A stretch of 64,000 nucleotides of DNA from Escherichia coli (GCF_003018255.1 NZ_CP027440.1), one strand, 5' to 3'; shown: positions 44,501-52,542, counted from the first letter of the stretch. Numbers and translations are program-made. Notes: generated from the letters alone by a model not told the origin.

Positions 44501-45730
44501 ATGAGCAGAGCACTTAACAAACTGAGTGACACACAGCTAAGGAAAATCAACGGCACACCCGCCCAAAAAACAGCCTTTCTTAATGACGGTGGAAACCTGA
44601 GCGTCAGGCATTCAACCAGCGGCCTTTTAACCTGGTATTTCACATACAGGGCCGGAACGGGAAGAGGGACACAACCTGAACGCGTTAAGCTGGGAAATTA
44701 TCCCGATCTGAGCCTGAAAGCAGCCAGGGAAAAAGCCGCACAGTGTCGCGCATGGCTGGCTGAGGGGAAAAATCCACGCTATGAACTGAATTACACCATG
44801 CAGGAAGCGTTAAAGCCTGCAACGGTTGGCGATGCGCTCACCTACTGGCTTGAGTCGTACGCAAAGGAAAAGCGCACAGATTACGAATCACTGAAAAGCC
44901 GGATCAATAAAAACATAATCATCAAAATTGGTGCTATGCCGCTGGATAAATGCGAGCTACGGCACTGGCTGGCCTGTTTTGATCAGGTGGCAAAGCGAAC
45001 ACCTGTTACTGCCGGATTCTTGCTACAGACATGCAAACAGGCGCTTAAATTCTGCCGTAGGCGGCGCTATGCAATCAGCAACGTTCTGGACGATCTGAAC
45101 GTGGCGGACGTTGGGAAAAAACCGGATATAAGCGAACGTGTCTTAAGCACCAAAGAACTGGGCGAGTTATTGCAGGCGCTGGATAAAAAAATATTTTCTC
45201 CTTACTACGTCGCGTTAATCCGCCTCCTGATTGTCTTCGGAGCCAGGACGGTAGAACTGAGGTTATCGGAGATCAGCGAGTGGGATTTTACCGAAATGCT
45301 ATGGACCGTTCCGAAGGAGCACAGCAAAACGAAGGTTGCAATATTCCGGCCCATACCGGAAGCGATCCTGCCGTTCGTCACGCGGCTGGTGGAGCAGAAC
45401 AGGCACACGGGCTTATTACTGGGGGAAGTGAAACAGGAGGCTAGCGTATCGCAGTACGGCAGATTAGCGCACAGGAGGCTAAAACACCTTCAATGGTCAT
45501 TGCATGACATCCGGCGCACCTTTACAACGATGCTGAATGATTTGGGCGTGGATCCTCACGTCGTGGAGCAGCTTACAGGTCATCAGATGCCAGGGATGCA
45601 ACGAGTCTATAACCACTCCCGTTATCTCGATGCGAAACGTGATGCGCTGGATATGTGGACGGAGCGGTTAGGGATACTGGCGGGAGCACATGAAAACGTA
45701 ACCACGCTACCAGTAACCAGAATAAAATAA
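44501..45730 (+). CDS. int: Tyrosine integrase, P4-like (N-terminal arm-binding domain)
   Basis: MSRALNKLSDTQLRKI...LSVRHS..G.LTWYFTYR N-terminus typical of P4-type integrases. C-terminal HDIRRT...GH....Y catalytic region. The ORF track begins 7 codons earlier at GTG 44480. Confidence 0.9.
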   Translation: MSRALNKLSDTQLRKINGTPAQKTAFLNDGGNLSVRHSTSGLLTWYFTYRAGTGRGTQPERVKLGNYPDLSLKAAREKAAQCRAWLAEGKNPRYELNYTMQEALKPATVGDALTYWLESYAKEKRTDYESLKSRINKNIIIKIGAMPLDKCELRHWLACFDQVAKRTPVTAGFLLQTCKQALKFCRRRRYAISNVLDDLNVADVGKKPDISERVLSTKELGELLQALDKKIFSPYYVALIRLLIVFGARTVELRLSEISEWDFTEMLWTVPKEHSKTKVAIFRPIPEAILPFVTRLVEQNRHTGLLLGEVKQEASVSQYGRLAHRRLKHLQWSLHDIRRTFTTMLNDLGVDPHVVEQLTGHQMPGMQRVYNHSRYLDAKRDALDMWTERLGILAGAHENVTTLPVTRIK

Positions 45731-45770
45731 TTTTTTTCGTGTTTTTTCAGTATGCGCATACTGGATAAGT

Positions 45771-45825
45771 GCACAGATACAACGTGAAACAATGTGCAAC
45801 AACGTGACACAATCATGAACAAGAG
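45771..45825 (-). promoter_or_regulatory. Five 10-bp-phased TTGT repeats (inverted orientation) in the int-alpA gap
   Basis: ACAA recurs at 45779, 45789, 45799, 45809 and 45819. The run includes ACAACGTGAAAC and ACAACGTGACAC. Confidence 0.45.
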
Positions 45826-46094
45826 GCCAAAAAGAATACAGATTTATAAGTTACTGATTTTTATTGCTCAACTGGTTTTTTATACATTAGCGAATTACGC
45901 GTTAAAGCGTGCGAAAAAAGGCATAAAACAAGATTTTATGCCTTTGTATTAACATGAATTTAAATGATTTTATCCTGATTATTCCTCTTTCTGTAAACCA
46001 TACGACATCAACATTTGCCATTCACCACACTAGCGGGAACAATACGACACAATAAGACACCTGATGACTCTTTAAGAAACGAAAGGGGGCAATA

Positions 46095-46283
46095 GTGTTA
46101 AGCACTGATCGGTTTATACGTGAAAAAGAATGCGAAAAGCTAACAGGCCTTAGCCGCTCATGCCGCTACCGCCTGGAAAAGGCCGGACAATTCCCATCAC
46201 GTCGTAAACTTGGCGGGCGTTCTGTTGGCTGGTCTTTATCTGAGGTTTTGGCCTGGAAGGATAGCTGCAAGGCAGTTCACTAA
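46095..46283 (+). CDS. alpA: AlpA-family (MerR-like/excisionase-type) regulator
   Basis: 62-aa ORF with a GTG start after AAGGGGG. The pattern RFIREKECEKLTGLSRSCRYRLEKAGQFPSRRKLGGRSVGWSLSEVLAW is typical of AlpA. Confidence 0.85.
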   Translation: MLSTDRFIREKECEKLTGLSRSCRYRLEKAGQFPSRRKLGGRSVGWSLSEVLAWKDSCKAVH

Positions 46284-46424
46284 AAAGACTGGCGGCACAC
46301 AGTCGCCACACATCCACTAATACAGAGATATAACTATGAAGATTGAATATGCGCCCGAACGTGGGCGGGGATTCGTTCGCCCTGGTGAAACTGAAAAACA
46401 ACAAAATTGGGGTTTTTCAGGCAT

Positions 46425-46452
46425 AAAAAAAGCGGCCCCGATATGGAGCCGC
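46425..46452 (-). terminator. Rho-independent terminator for the leftward arc-like operon
   Basis: On the minus strand, GCGGC-loop-GCCGC followed by T7. It lies inside the 248-aa plus-strand ORF, which argues against that ORF. Confidence 0.55.
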
Positions 46453-46526
46453 CTTTCTGAACAATTAACCTGCTGCGCCTTATGTGTATGTGATCCCAAA
46501 CATAAGCACGGGGATGATAGCCGCTA

Positions 46527-46724
46527 TCAGGCTGGTGGGCAATTCCTGTTTTGTCCGTATTGCGCCGCCATTTTCGCTCGTTCAGAGCGCGAATATTTTT
46601 TTAGAAACTCATCAAGGACAAAAGCGCATGGTGCGAATCTTTCTGATTCATGCTCGAGCGCCATATTTTCGTGCTCTCTGTTCGTTTTTTGCGATGGTGT
46701 ATCGCTTGATTCTTTGTTGGTCAT
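46527..46724 (-). CDS. Hypothetical 65-aa protein, second gene of the leftward operon
   Basis: ATG preceded by AGGT. Followed about 70 nt later by the minus-strand terminator. No family was recognised. Confidence 0.4.
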   Translation of the reverse strand: MTNKESSDTPSQKTNREHENMALEHESERFAPCAFVLDEFLKKYSRSERAKMAAQYGQNRNCPPA

Positions 46725-46781
46725 TGTGTGTACCTGTAAAGCAATGCGCCGTAGTACCTCACACCACGGCGCTGATAGTTT

Positions 46782-46973
46782 TTATCCTTTGGGGTCTATG
46801 CCGCGCCGCTTTAGTTCAGTGCGCCCCAACTCTTTAAGCCAGTTGGCTAGGCTTATGCCGTCGCTCTGTGCTTCTTTGTCGAATTGCTCTTTTAGCTCTG
46901 GAGAAATTCGCATTCTGAATTGTGGGGATTGCCCGTCCCCTTTAGGGCTTTTATCGCGTTTGATTGTTGACAA
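46782..46973 (-). CDS. Arc-like ribbon-helix-helix repressor
   Basis: SPQFRMRISPELKEQFDKEAQSDGISLANWLKELGRTEL aligns by eye with P22 Arc MPQFNLRWPREVLDLVRKVAEENGRSVNSEIYQRVMESF. The TTG start at 46973 follows AGGTGG; the ORF-track start at 47054 would put the operator palindromes in coding sequence. Confidence 0.6.
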   Translation of the reverse strand: MSTIKRDKSPKGDGQSPQFRMRISPELKEQFDKEAQSDGISLANWLKELGRTELKRRGIDPKG

Positions 46974-47016
46974 GTGGCCACCTATTAAATTAGCCTTTCT
47001 ATTGTTAGGTGGCCAC
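46974..47016. promoter_or_regulatory. Twin palindromic operators (GTGGCCAC) in the divergent control region
   Basis: ATTGTTGACAAGTGGCCACCTA (core 46974-46981) and ATTGTTAGGTGGCCACCTTA (core 47009-47016), 35 bp centre to centre. Confidence 0.4.
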
Positions 47017-47107
47017 CTTAACACAAGAGCACTTAAAAAAGCAAAGCCCCGCAAGTGCCATTACCACTCGCAGGGCTTCTAACCAACAACGTAAACGAGG
47101 AGCCGTT

Positions 47108-47308
47108 ATGGTTGCCGTAAATCATATACCACACCTTGTACACACACAAACTGCCTTTGTGTGGCGTTTTCTGGCCCTGAGTGCCGGAGAATCTCAAATC
47201 ATCCACGTAACCGCCTGGACGGAACGCGAAGCGCGTAACCGTTGCCCGTCCGGTTGTGTTGCTGTATTTGCCGCCCGTATTCGTCAGGGGGAAACCTATG
47301 CACAATAA
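47108..47308 (+). CDS. Icd-like (host cell division inhibitor-like) small protein, first gene of the rightward operon
   Basis: ATG after GAGGAG gives 66 aa. The motif ..VWRFLALSAGESQIIHVTAWTEREARNRCP.GCVAVFAARI resembles Icd-like proteins of P4-type elements (from memory). Confidence 0.65.
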   Translation: MVAVNHIPHLVHTQTAFVWRFLALSAGESQIIHVTAWTEREARNRCPSGCVAVFAARIRQGETYAQ

Positions 47309-47528
47309 AACCACACCGGACGCAGCAGAAGAAGCAATGCAAATACTGATACGTGCGCTCGTTGATGTTACCCACATGGTGGAGATTATGGAGAGAAAAT
47401 CACAGTCGGAGCACGACAAAAGAAAACTTAAAACAATAAAAATAATTGCCAAAAACTCGCTGATAAAAGTTACAGACATCCTTAATGAGGACATTAAAAG
47501 AATAAGGGAGAAAATTTGTGATGCATAA
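47298..47528 (+). CDS. Hypothetical 76-aa helical protein
   Basis: ATG after GGGGGAAACCT. Overlaps neighbouring genes in operon style. Confidence 0.5.
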   Translation: MHNKTTPDAAEEAMQILIRALVDVTHMVEIMERKSQSEHDKRKLKTIKIIAKNSLIKVTDILNEDIKRIREKICDA

Positions 47529-47748
47529 AATCCCTTTTGAAGTATTAATCCACTCTGAAAACGCATTAATTAAAGCACGCGAAATGAATGCGTTGTTAAT
47601 TAAATTAATTGAAGTGCCGGAAGGTGGTGAGGAATCAGGTGTATTAATGTTTGCAGCCATTCAGACATTACTATCGCCTGTTATTGATGAACTGGATAAG
47701 GCAATGGCAATTCACGAAAATAATAACGCGCCCCACACCGGAGAATAA
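47518..47748 (+). CDS. Hypothetical 76-aa protein
   Basis: Start overlaps the previous stop. No family was recognised. Confidence 0.5.
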   Translation: MMHKIPFEVLIHSENALIKAREMNALLIKLIEVPEGGEESGVLMFAAIQTLLSPVIDELDKAMAIHENNNAPHTGE

Positions 47749-47753
47749 AAATA

Positions 47754-48053
47754 ATGAAACTTAAATATTCTGGCTTAACTGCCAGTGGCAAAACTCGCAC
47801 TAAATTCATGCGCGGTGATATTTACCGCGACCAGTACGGCGGCACGGTAATGATTAAGGGCGTGGAGGAACGGCGCGTAACTTACCGCCGTGAAGGTTAC
47901 GAATATGATTGCGTGATGCCCGTTTATCAGTTCGACCGTGATTTTTCTCTGGTGCAGGCAGCGCAACGCAGCAAGCCCACCAGCAGGGAGAAAGCACGCG
48001 CCAATATTCAGGAAATAAAAAAGATGCTTAACGTATTCAGGGGTAAAAAATGA
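47754..48053 (+). CDS. DUF4222-like small protein
   Basis: 99 aa. The pattern YRD.YG..V.I.GVE..RVTYRREGY...CVMP...F.R.F recalls DUF4222 of P4-like islands (from memory). Confidence 0.55.
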   Translation: MKLKYSGLTASGKTRTKFMRGDIYRDQYGGTVMIKGVEERRVTYRREGYEYDCVMPVYQFDRDFSLVQAAQRSKPTSREKARANIQEIKKMLNVFRGKK

Positions 48054-49804
48054 AACTGGCACCGAACGTAAAACAGCAGTCACGCGGCATAAAACACAAA
48101 GAAACAGAAGTCATTATTTTTGCGGGTAGTGATGCCTGGTCACACGCAAAACAATGGCAGGAACATGACGCGCGTATGGCCGGAGATAATGAGCCTCCTG
48201 TGTGGCTTGGGGAGCAGCAGTTATCAGAACTGGATAAGCTGCAAATTGTGCCGGAAGGCAGAAAATCCGTGCGCATATTCAGGGCCGGATATCTTGCACC
48301 AGTAATGATAAAGGCGATTGGTCAAAAGCTGGCGGCGGCTGGTGTACAGGATGCAAATTTTTATCCTGAGGGTATGCACGGCAAGGAGGTGCAGAACTGG
48401 CGCGAATACCTGGCCCGTGAACGCCAGAATCTTTCTGATGGTCTGGTCATTGAGCTTCCGGTAAAGCAAAAGGCGCAACTTTCGCAGATGGCGGACAGTG
48501 AGCGCGCGCAGCTGCTTGCCGATCGCTTTGATGGCGTTTGCGTACATCCTGAAAGTGAAATTGTTCACGTATGGCGCGGCGGGGTATGGTGTCCGGTCAG
48601 CACAATGGAACTTAGCCGCGAAATGGTGGCGATCTATTCAGAGCACAGGGCCACTTTCAGCAAGCGCGTAATCAATAACGCCGTGGAAGCGTTAAAAGTT
48701 ATTGCCGAACCAATGGGCGAGCCGTCCGGCGATTTGCTGCCGTTCGCCAATGGTGCGCTTGACCTGAAAACGGGGGAATTTTCCCCGCACACGCCGGAGA
48801 ACTGGATCACCACGCACAACGGCATTGAGTACACGCCACCAGCACCAGGGGAGAATATCCGCGACAACGCGCCAAACTTTCATAAATGGCTTGAGCACGC
48901 AGCCGGAAAAGACCCGCGCAAGATGATGCGTATATGTGCCGCGCTGTACATGATTATGGCGAACCGGTACGACTGGCAGATGTTTATTGAGGCCACCGGA
49001 GACGGCGGGAGCGGTAAAAGTACATTCACACACATAGCCAGCCTTCTGGCAGGGAAACAGAACACGGTAAGCGCTGAAATGACATCGCTTGATGATGCTG
49101 GTGGACGTGCGCAGGTTGTCGGGAGTCGTCTTATCGTCCTGGCTGACCAGCCGAAATATACAGGCGAAGGAACGGGCATCAAGAAAATCACGGGCGGCGA
49201 CCCCGTGGAAATTAACCCGAAATATGAGAAGCGTTTTACGGCGGTAATCAGGGCGGTGGTGCTGGCTACCAACAATAACCCGATGATATTCACCGAACGG
49301 GCCGGAGGTGTGTCACGTCGTCGCGTAATTTTCCGTTTCGACAATATCGTCAGTGAGGCCGAAAAAGACAGGGAGCTACCGGAAAAGATTGCGGCTGAAA
49401 TCCCTGTCATTATCCGCCGATTGCTGGCGAACTTTACCGACCCTGAGAAGGCACGGGCTTTACTACTGGAACAGCGTGACGGTGATGAAGCTCTGGCAAT
49501 AAAGCAACAGACGGATCCGGTTATTGAGTTTTGCCAGTTCCTGAATTTTCTGGAGGAAGCACGCGGCCTGATGATGGGCGGCGGTGGCGATTCAGTGAAG
49601 TACACGACCAGGAACAGCCTTTACCGCGTCTATCTGGCGTTTATGGCATACGCAGGCAGGAGCAAACCGCTAAACGTGGCTGAGTTCAGCAAGGCCATGA
49701 AGCCAGCGGCGAAAGTTTACGGGCATGAATATATTACGCGAAAAGTTAAGGGAGTAACGCAGACCAACGCAATTACAACAGACGATTGCGACGCGTTTTT
49801 ATAA
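48050..49804 (+). CDS. P4-family primase / SF3 helicase replication protein (pri-rep)
   Basis: 584-aa ORF with Walker A GDGGSGKST and Walker B LIVLAD. D5-N-like region upstream. The iteron field follows immediately. Confidence 0.9.
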   Translation: MKLAPNVKQQSRGIKHKETEVIIFAGSDAWSHAKQWQEHDARMAGDNEPPVWLGEQQLSELDKLQIVPEGRKSVRIFRAGYLAPVMIKAIGQKLAAAGVQDANFYPEGMHGKEVQNWREYLARERQNLSDGLVIELPVKQKAQLSQMADSERAQLLADRFDGVCVHPESEIVHVWRGGVWCPVSTMELSREMVAIYSEHRATFSKRVINNAVEALKVIAEPMGEPSGDLLPFANGALDLKTGEFSPHTPENWITTHNGIEYTPPAPGENIRDNAPNFHKWLEHAAGKDPRKMMRICAALYMIMANRYDWQMFIEATGDGGSGKSTFTHIASLLAGKQNTVSAEMTSLDDAGGRAQVVGSRLIVLADQPKYTGEGTGIKKITGGDPVEINPKYEKRFTAVIRAVVLATNNNPMIFTERAGGVSRRRVIFRFDNIVSEAEKDRELPEKIAAEIPVIIRRLLANFTDPEKARALLLEQRDGDEALAIKQQTDPVIEFCQFLNFLEEARGLMMGGGGDSVKYTTRNSLYRVYLAFMAYAGRSKPLNVAEFSKAMKPAAKVYGHEYITRKVKGVTQTNAITTDDCDAFL

Positions 49805-49815
49805 TTTTTTGTAAA

Positions 49816-50047
49816 AGCCCTCTACCCCATCTACCTGAATGAAGTAAACGCATATTATTCAACATGATAAGTGGGTAGAGGGCTAGGTAGAAGGCTAATA
49901 AAAGCTCTCTACCCCTTCTACCTGATTTTATCAGTTTCAGGTAGCAGGGTAGACGGCAGGTAGAGGAGCCCAAAAAGCTATCTACCCGCTGAAAGCCGCG
50001 CCATTACTGACATGATGAGCATTCGGGTAGATGGGTAGAGGGGGGGG
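49816..50047. repeat. Putative replication origin: iteron field
   Basis: At least 12 GGTAGA/TCTACC hexamers. Perfect inverted repeats AGCCCTCTACCC (49816-27) / GGGTAGAGGGCT (49873-84) flank a 45-bp AT-rich spacer. A second inverted repeat is AGGTAGAAGG (49885-94) / CCTTCTACCT (49914-23). Confidence 0.6.
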
Positions 50048-50089
50048 AGGCACAACTAAAAACTTTTTAAACGAGGGGGGGGAAAATAA

Positions 50090-50404
50090 ATGCGCATACA
50101 TCAAAATCACTTAACAAATATGCCAGCCGAAAACATGAATCAGGGGCGACAAATGACCAAAATTCGCAGAGACAGAACACAGGCAAAATATAAAGCGTTA
50201 GACATGACAGAGCTTTCCTTAAAGGTGGCAATCAAAGCGATAGACCACCACACACGGGCAGGATACGCGAAGGAACATCCCGACCTGATAAGCGCATTCA
50301 TGACCACGGCGGCGGCAAACTTTGCCACGTTGACAGAACGTGAGATTGCCGAAGCGGAACAGGTAACAACCATCAACGTTAAAACCGGAGAGGTGGAATC
50401 ATGA
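50090..50404 (+). CDS. Hypothetical 104-aa protein
   Basis: ATG after GAGGGGGGGG. 4-nt overlap with ssb. Confidence 0.55.
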   Translation: MRIHQNHLTNMPAENMNQGRQMTKIRRDRTQAKYKALDMTELSLKVAIKAIDHHTRAGYAKEHPDLISAFMTTAAANFATLTEREIAEAEQVTTINVKTGEVES

Positions 50405-50811
50405 CAGCACAGATAGCCGCTTACGGGCGGCTGGTGGACGACCCGCAGGTAAAACAGACCAGCAAGGGCACACCGATGACGCTGGTTCGTATGGCGGTAT
50501 CGCTGCCATGCAGCCAGGCACATGACGGACAGGCGACGTTATGGTTATCGGTTATCGCATTTGGCAAACAGGCCGATTTCCTGGCTAAACATCAAAAAGG
50601 CGATGTTGCCAGCGTATCCGGCACGATGCAGGTAAGCCAGTGGACCGGACAGAACGGGGAAACGCGGCGGGGGTATCAGGTTATTGCAGACAGCGTAATC
50701 AGTGCCCGCGCGGCACGTCCAGGCGGGAACAGACGCAAAACCACAGGCACACAGGGTAATCAGCCACCAGCGGGAGGCGATGACCCTTACGGTGACGGTA
50801 TTCCGTTCTGA
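50401..50811 (+). CDS. ssb: Single-stranded DNA-binding protein
   Basis: 136 aa with an OB-fold N-terminus, a Gly/Pro/Gln-rich linker and the acidic tip DDPYGDGIPF. Confidence 0.85.
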   Translation: MTAQIAAYGRLVDDPQVKQTSKGTPMTLVRMAVSLPCSQAHDGQATLWLSVIAFGKQADFLAKHQKGDVASVSGTMQVSQWTGQNGETRRGYQVIADSVISARAARPGGNRRKTTGTQGNQPPAGGDDPYGDGIPF

Positions 50812-50821
50812 GGGGGTGACG

Positions 50822-51070
50822 ATGGTACATGACCGCATAGCGGAGGAACTCGAGGCAAAAGGCTTTTACCGGAGGGCGTCGGCGCGATGGGGTGAAGTCA
50901 TGCAACTGGTGGAGACAGACAAGGAACGGCATCAGGTTACGATGCGACGGCTGGAATGTTCCAGGAAGGCACAGAGGCCACCGGAGCCGCCAACGGAGAA
51001 CTACGCAGACCTGAGAAATGCAGTAAATCGCACTTACGCAGACATGGGGCTGAGCAAATTAGCAGAGTAG
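50822..51070 (+). CDS. PerC-family transcriptional regulator-like protein
   Basis: 82 aa with ATG after GAGGGGG. AEELEAKGFYRRASARWGEVM resembles the conserved PerC/Pch N-terminal motif (from memory). Confidence 0.6.
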   Translation: MVHDRIAEELEAKGFYRRASARWGEVMQLVETDKERHQVTMRRLECSRKAQRPPEPPTENYADLRNAVNRTYADMGLSKLAE

Positions 51071-51130
51071 GAATATCAGAACCACACCACGCAGCCGGAG
51101 CAATCCGGCTTTTTGTTATTTTTTGTAAAT

Positions 51131-51160
51131 TATTTGTTCGTGGTTGTTCCACGTTGTTCA
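51131..51160 (+). promoter_or_regulatory. Three 10-bp-phased TTGTTC repeats upstream of the capsid gene
   Basis: TTGTTCG TGG TTGTTCC ACG TTGTTCA. The 12-mer GTTCCACGTTGT is identical to the copy at 58384-58395. Confidence 0.45.
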
Positions 51161-51374
51161 CTGAGCGGATCGGCATATTTTACCCGAACTGAATCATGAT
51201 TATTCTCGCCCGTGGTGCCAGGACGCTGGGGCCACTTTCCCGCCTGTTAATGTGCTCGCCAATATTCATTACCAGGCGGGAAAACGATCGGTGCGATTGC
51301 TGATTTCCTTATGAAAAACGGTTGAGTGTTTGCCGCGTCCTGGAGTTCCTTACTTAACCCCAGGACTTTTTTTT

Positions 51375-52532
51375 ATGCCGAGAATAATCGAATTACGCCA
51401 GCAGAAAACCGCCATTAAAAATCAGATGCGCGACATGCTGGAGAACGCTGAAAAAGAAAACCGCAGTCTTAACGATGCTGAGGGCGCAAAATTTGACGAA
51501 TTACGCGCTAAAGCTGAATCCCTCGATAAAGACATTTCCCGCCTTGAAGCCATTGCAGACGAAGAGCGCAGCAAGCCAGGTAAAAGCAGCCAGACCACTG
51601 ACCCCGCAGAACTACGCAGCTACATTCTGACAGGTGAAACCCGCGCATTAAGTACAGGCGTTCCCGCTGATGGTGGTTATACCGTTATCCCCGAACTGAA
51701 CACCGAAATCATGCGAATGCTGGCGGATGAATCCACCATGCGCCGCATCTGTACCGTGAAAAAAATCAGCAGCAACGAGTTTAAGCAGCTTGTTTCCGCT
51801 GGCGGTGCGACCGTTAACCACGGTGAAGAGGGTAAGGCACGCGAACAGACCAGCACCCCGCAGATTAACGAGGTGAGCATTAAGCTGTATCCGGTCTATG
51901 CGTACCCGCGCACCACACAGGAAATCGTGGATTTTTCCGATGTGGACATCCTTTCATGGCTGACGGGTGAGATTGGCGACACCTTCACGGAAACCGAAGA
52001 AAGCGATCTGGTTGTGGGCGACGGTGACAAAAAAGCAAAAGGTTTTTTATCCGTACCCCGTGCAGAGAAGAACGACAAAGAGCGTGATTTTGGTACGTTG
52101 CAGGTAATTAAACCTTCCGAATCTCTGGCGTGGACATCTGCGGACCCGCTGATCGACCTGAAATTTGCATTACGTAAAAAATACCGCAAAAACGCGGTCT
52201 GGGTGGTTAACTCCACGACGGCGGCAAAACTCCAGAAGGTGAAGAACGCGAACGGTGATTACATCTGGCGTGACCGTTTACAGGCGGGTGATCCTGATAC
52301 GTTGCTGGGCCTTCCGGTCGAATATCTGGAGTTTATGCCTGATAACGTTATTGCCCTGGGTGACTTCAAACGCGGTTACTACATTGTTGATCACGAAACA
52401 GGTGTTCGCACCAGACCGGACAACCTCACAGAGCCGGGCTTCATCAAAATTTTCACGCAGAAATATTTAGGCGGTGGCGTGGTGGATTCGAACGCGATCA
52501 AGATTCTGGAACTGCCACAGGACGACGATTAA
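51375..52532 (+). CDS. HK97-fold major capsid protein with N-terminal coiled-coil (delta/scaffold-like) domain
   Basis: 385 aa from ATG 51375. N-terminus IELRQQKTAIKNQMRDMLENAEKENRSLNDAEGAKFDELRAKAESLDKDISRLEAI, followed by a Phage_capsid-like body. Confidence 0.9.
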   Translation: MPRIIELRQQKTAIKNQMRDMLENAEKENRSLNDAEGAKFDELRAKAESLDKDISRLEAIADEERSKPGKSSQTTDPAELRSYILTGETRALSTGVPADGGYTVIPELNTEIMRMLADESTMRRICTVKKISSNEFKQLVSAGGATVNHGEEGKAREQTSTPQINEVSIKLYPVYAYPRTTQEIVDFSDVDILSWLTGEIGDTFTETEESDLVVGDGDKKAKGFLSVPRAEKNDKERDFGTLQVIKPSESLAWTSADPLIDLKFALRKKYRKNAVWVVNSTTAAKLQKVKNANGDYIWRDRLQAGDPDTLLGLPVEYLEFMPDNVIALGDFKRGYYIVDHETGVRTRPDNLTEPGFIKIFTQKYLGGGVVDSNAIKILELPQDDD

Positions 52533-52542
52533 CAGCATACAG

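Noticed and set aside
44332-44643. 103-aa minus-strand ORF spanning attL, the arm repeats and the int start
   Set aside because: It overlaps the integrase 5' end in antisense and covers the repeat arrays. It has no SD and no recognisable family, so it is probably spurious.
46336-47082. 248-aa Cys-rich plus-strand ORF, the longest ORF in the int-proximal part of the island
   Set aside because: It runs through a minus-strand rho-independent terminator (46425-46452) and the twin operator palindromes. Its composition is odd: Cys/Ser-rich and low-complexity. It is antisense to two better-supported minus-strand genes, one of which is clearly Arc-like. I treat it as a shadow ORF.
47033-47566. 177-aa minus-strand ORF opposite the icd-like and following small genes
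   Set aside because: The plus-strand genes have strong SDs and operon-style overlaps. The minus-strand frame is low-complexity (Ser/Leu/Ile/Phe) and would cross the divergent promoter.
48880-49605. 241-aa minus-strand ORF opposite the primase-helicase gene
   Set aside because: It is fully contained in, and antisense to, a gene with clear Walker motifs. Its composition is Ser/Arg/Ile-rich shadow sequence.
49816-50047. Repeat field considered as a possible CRISPR array or minisatellite
   Set aside because: The repeat units are only 6-12 bp, irregularly spaced and in both orientations. There are no spacers of uniform length and no cas genes. The position directly after rep fits origin iterons much better.
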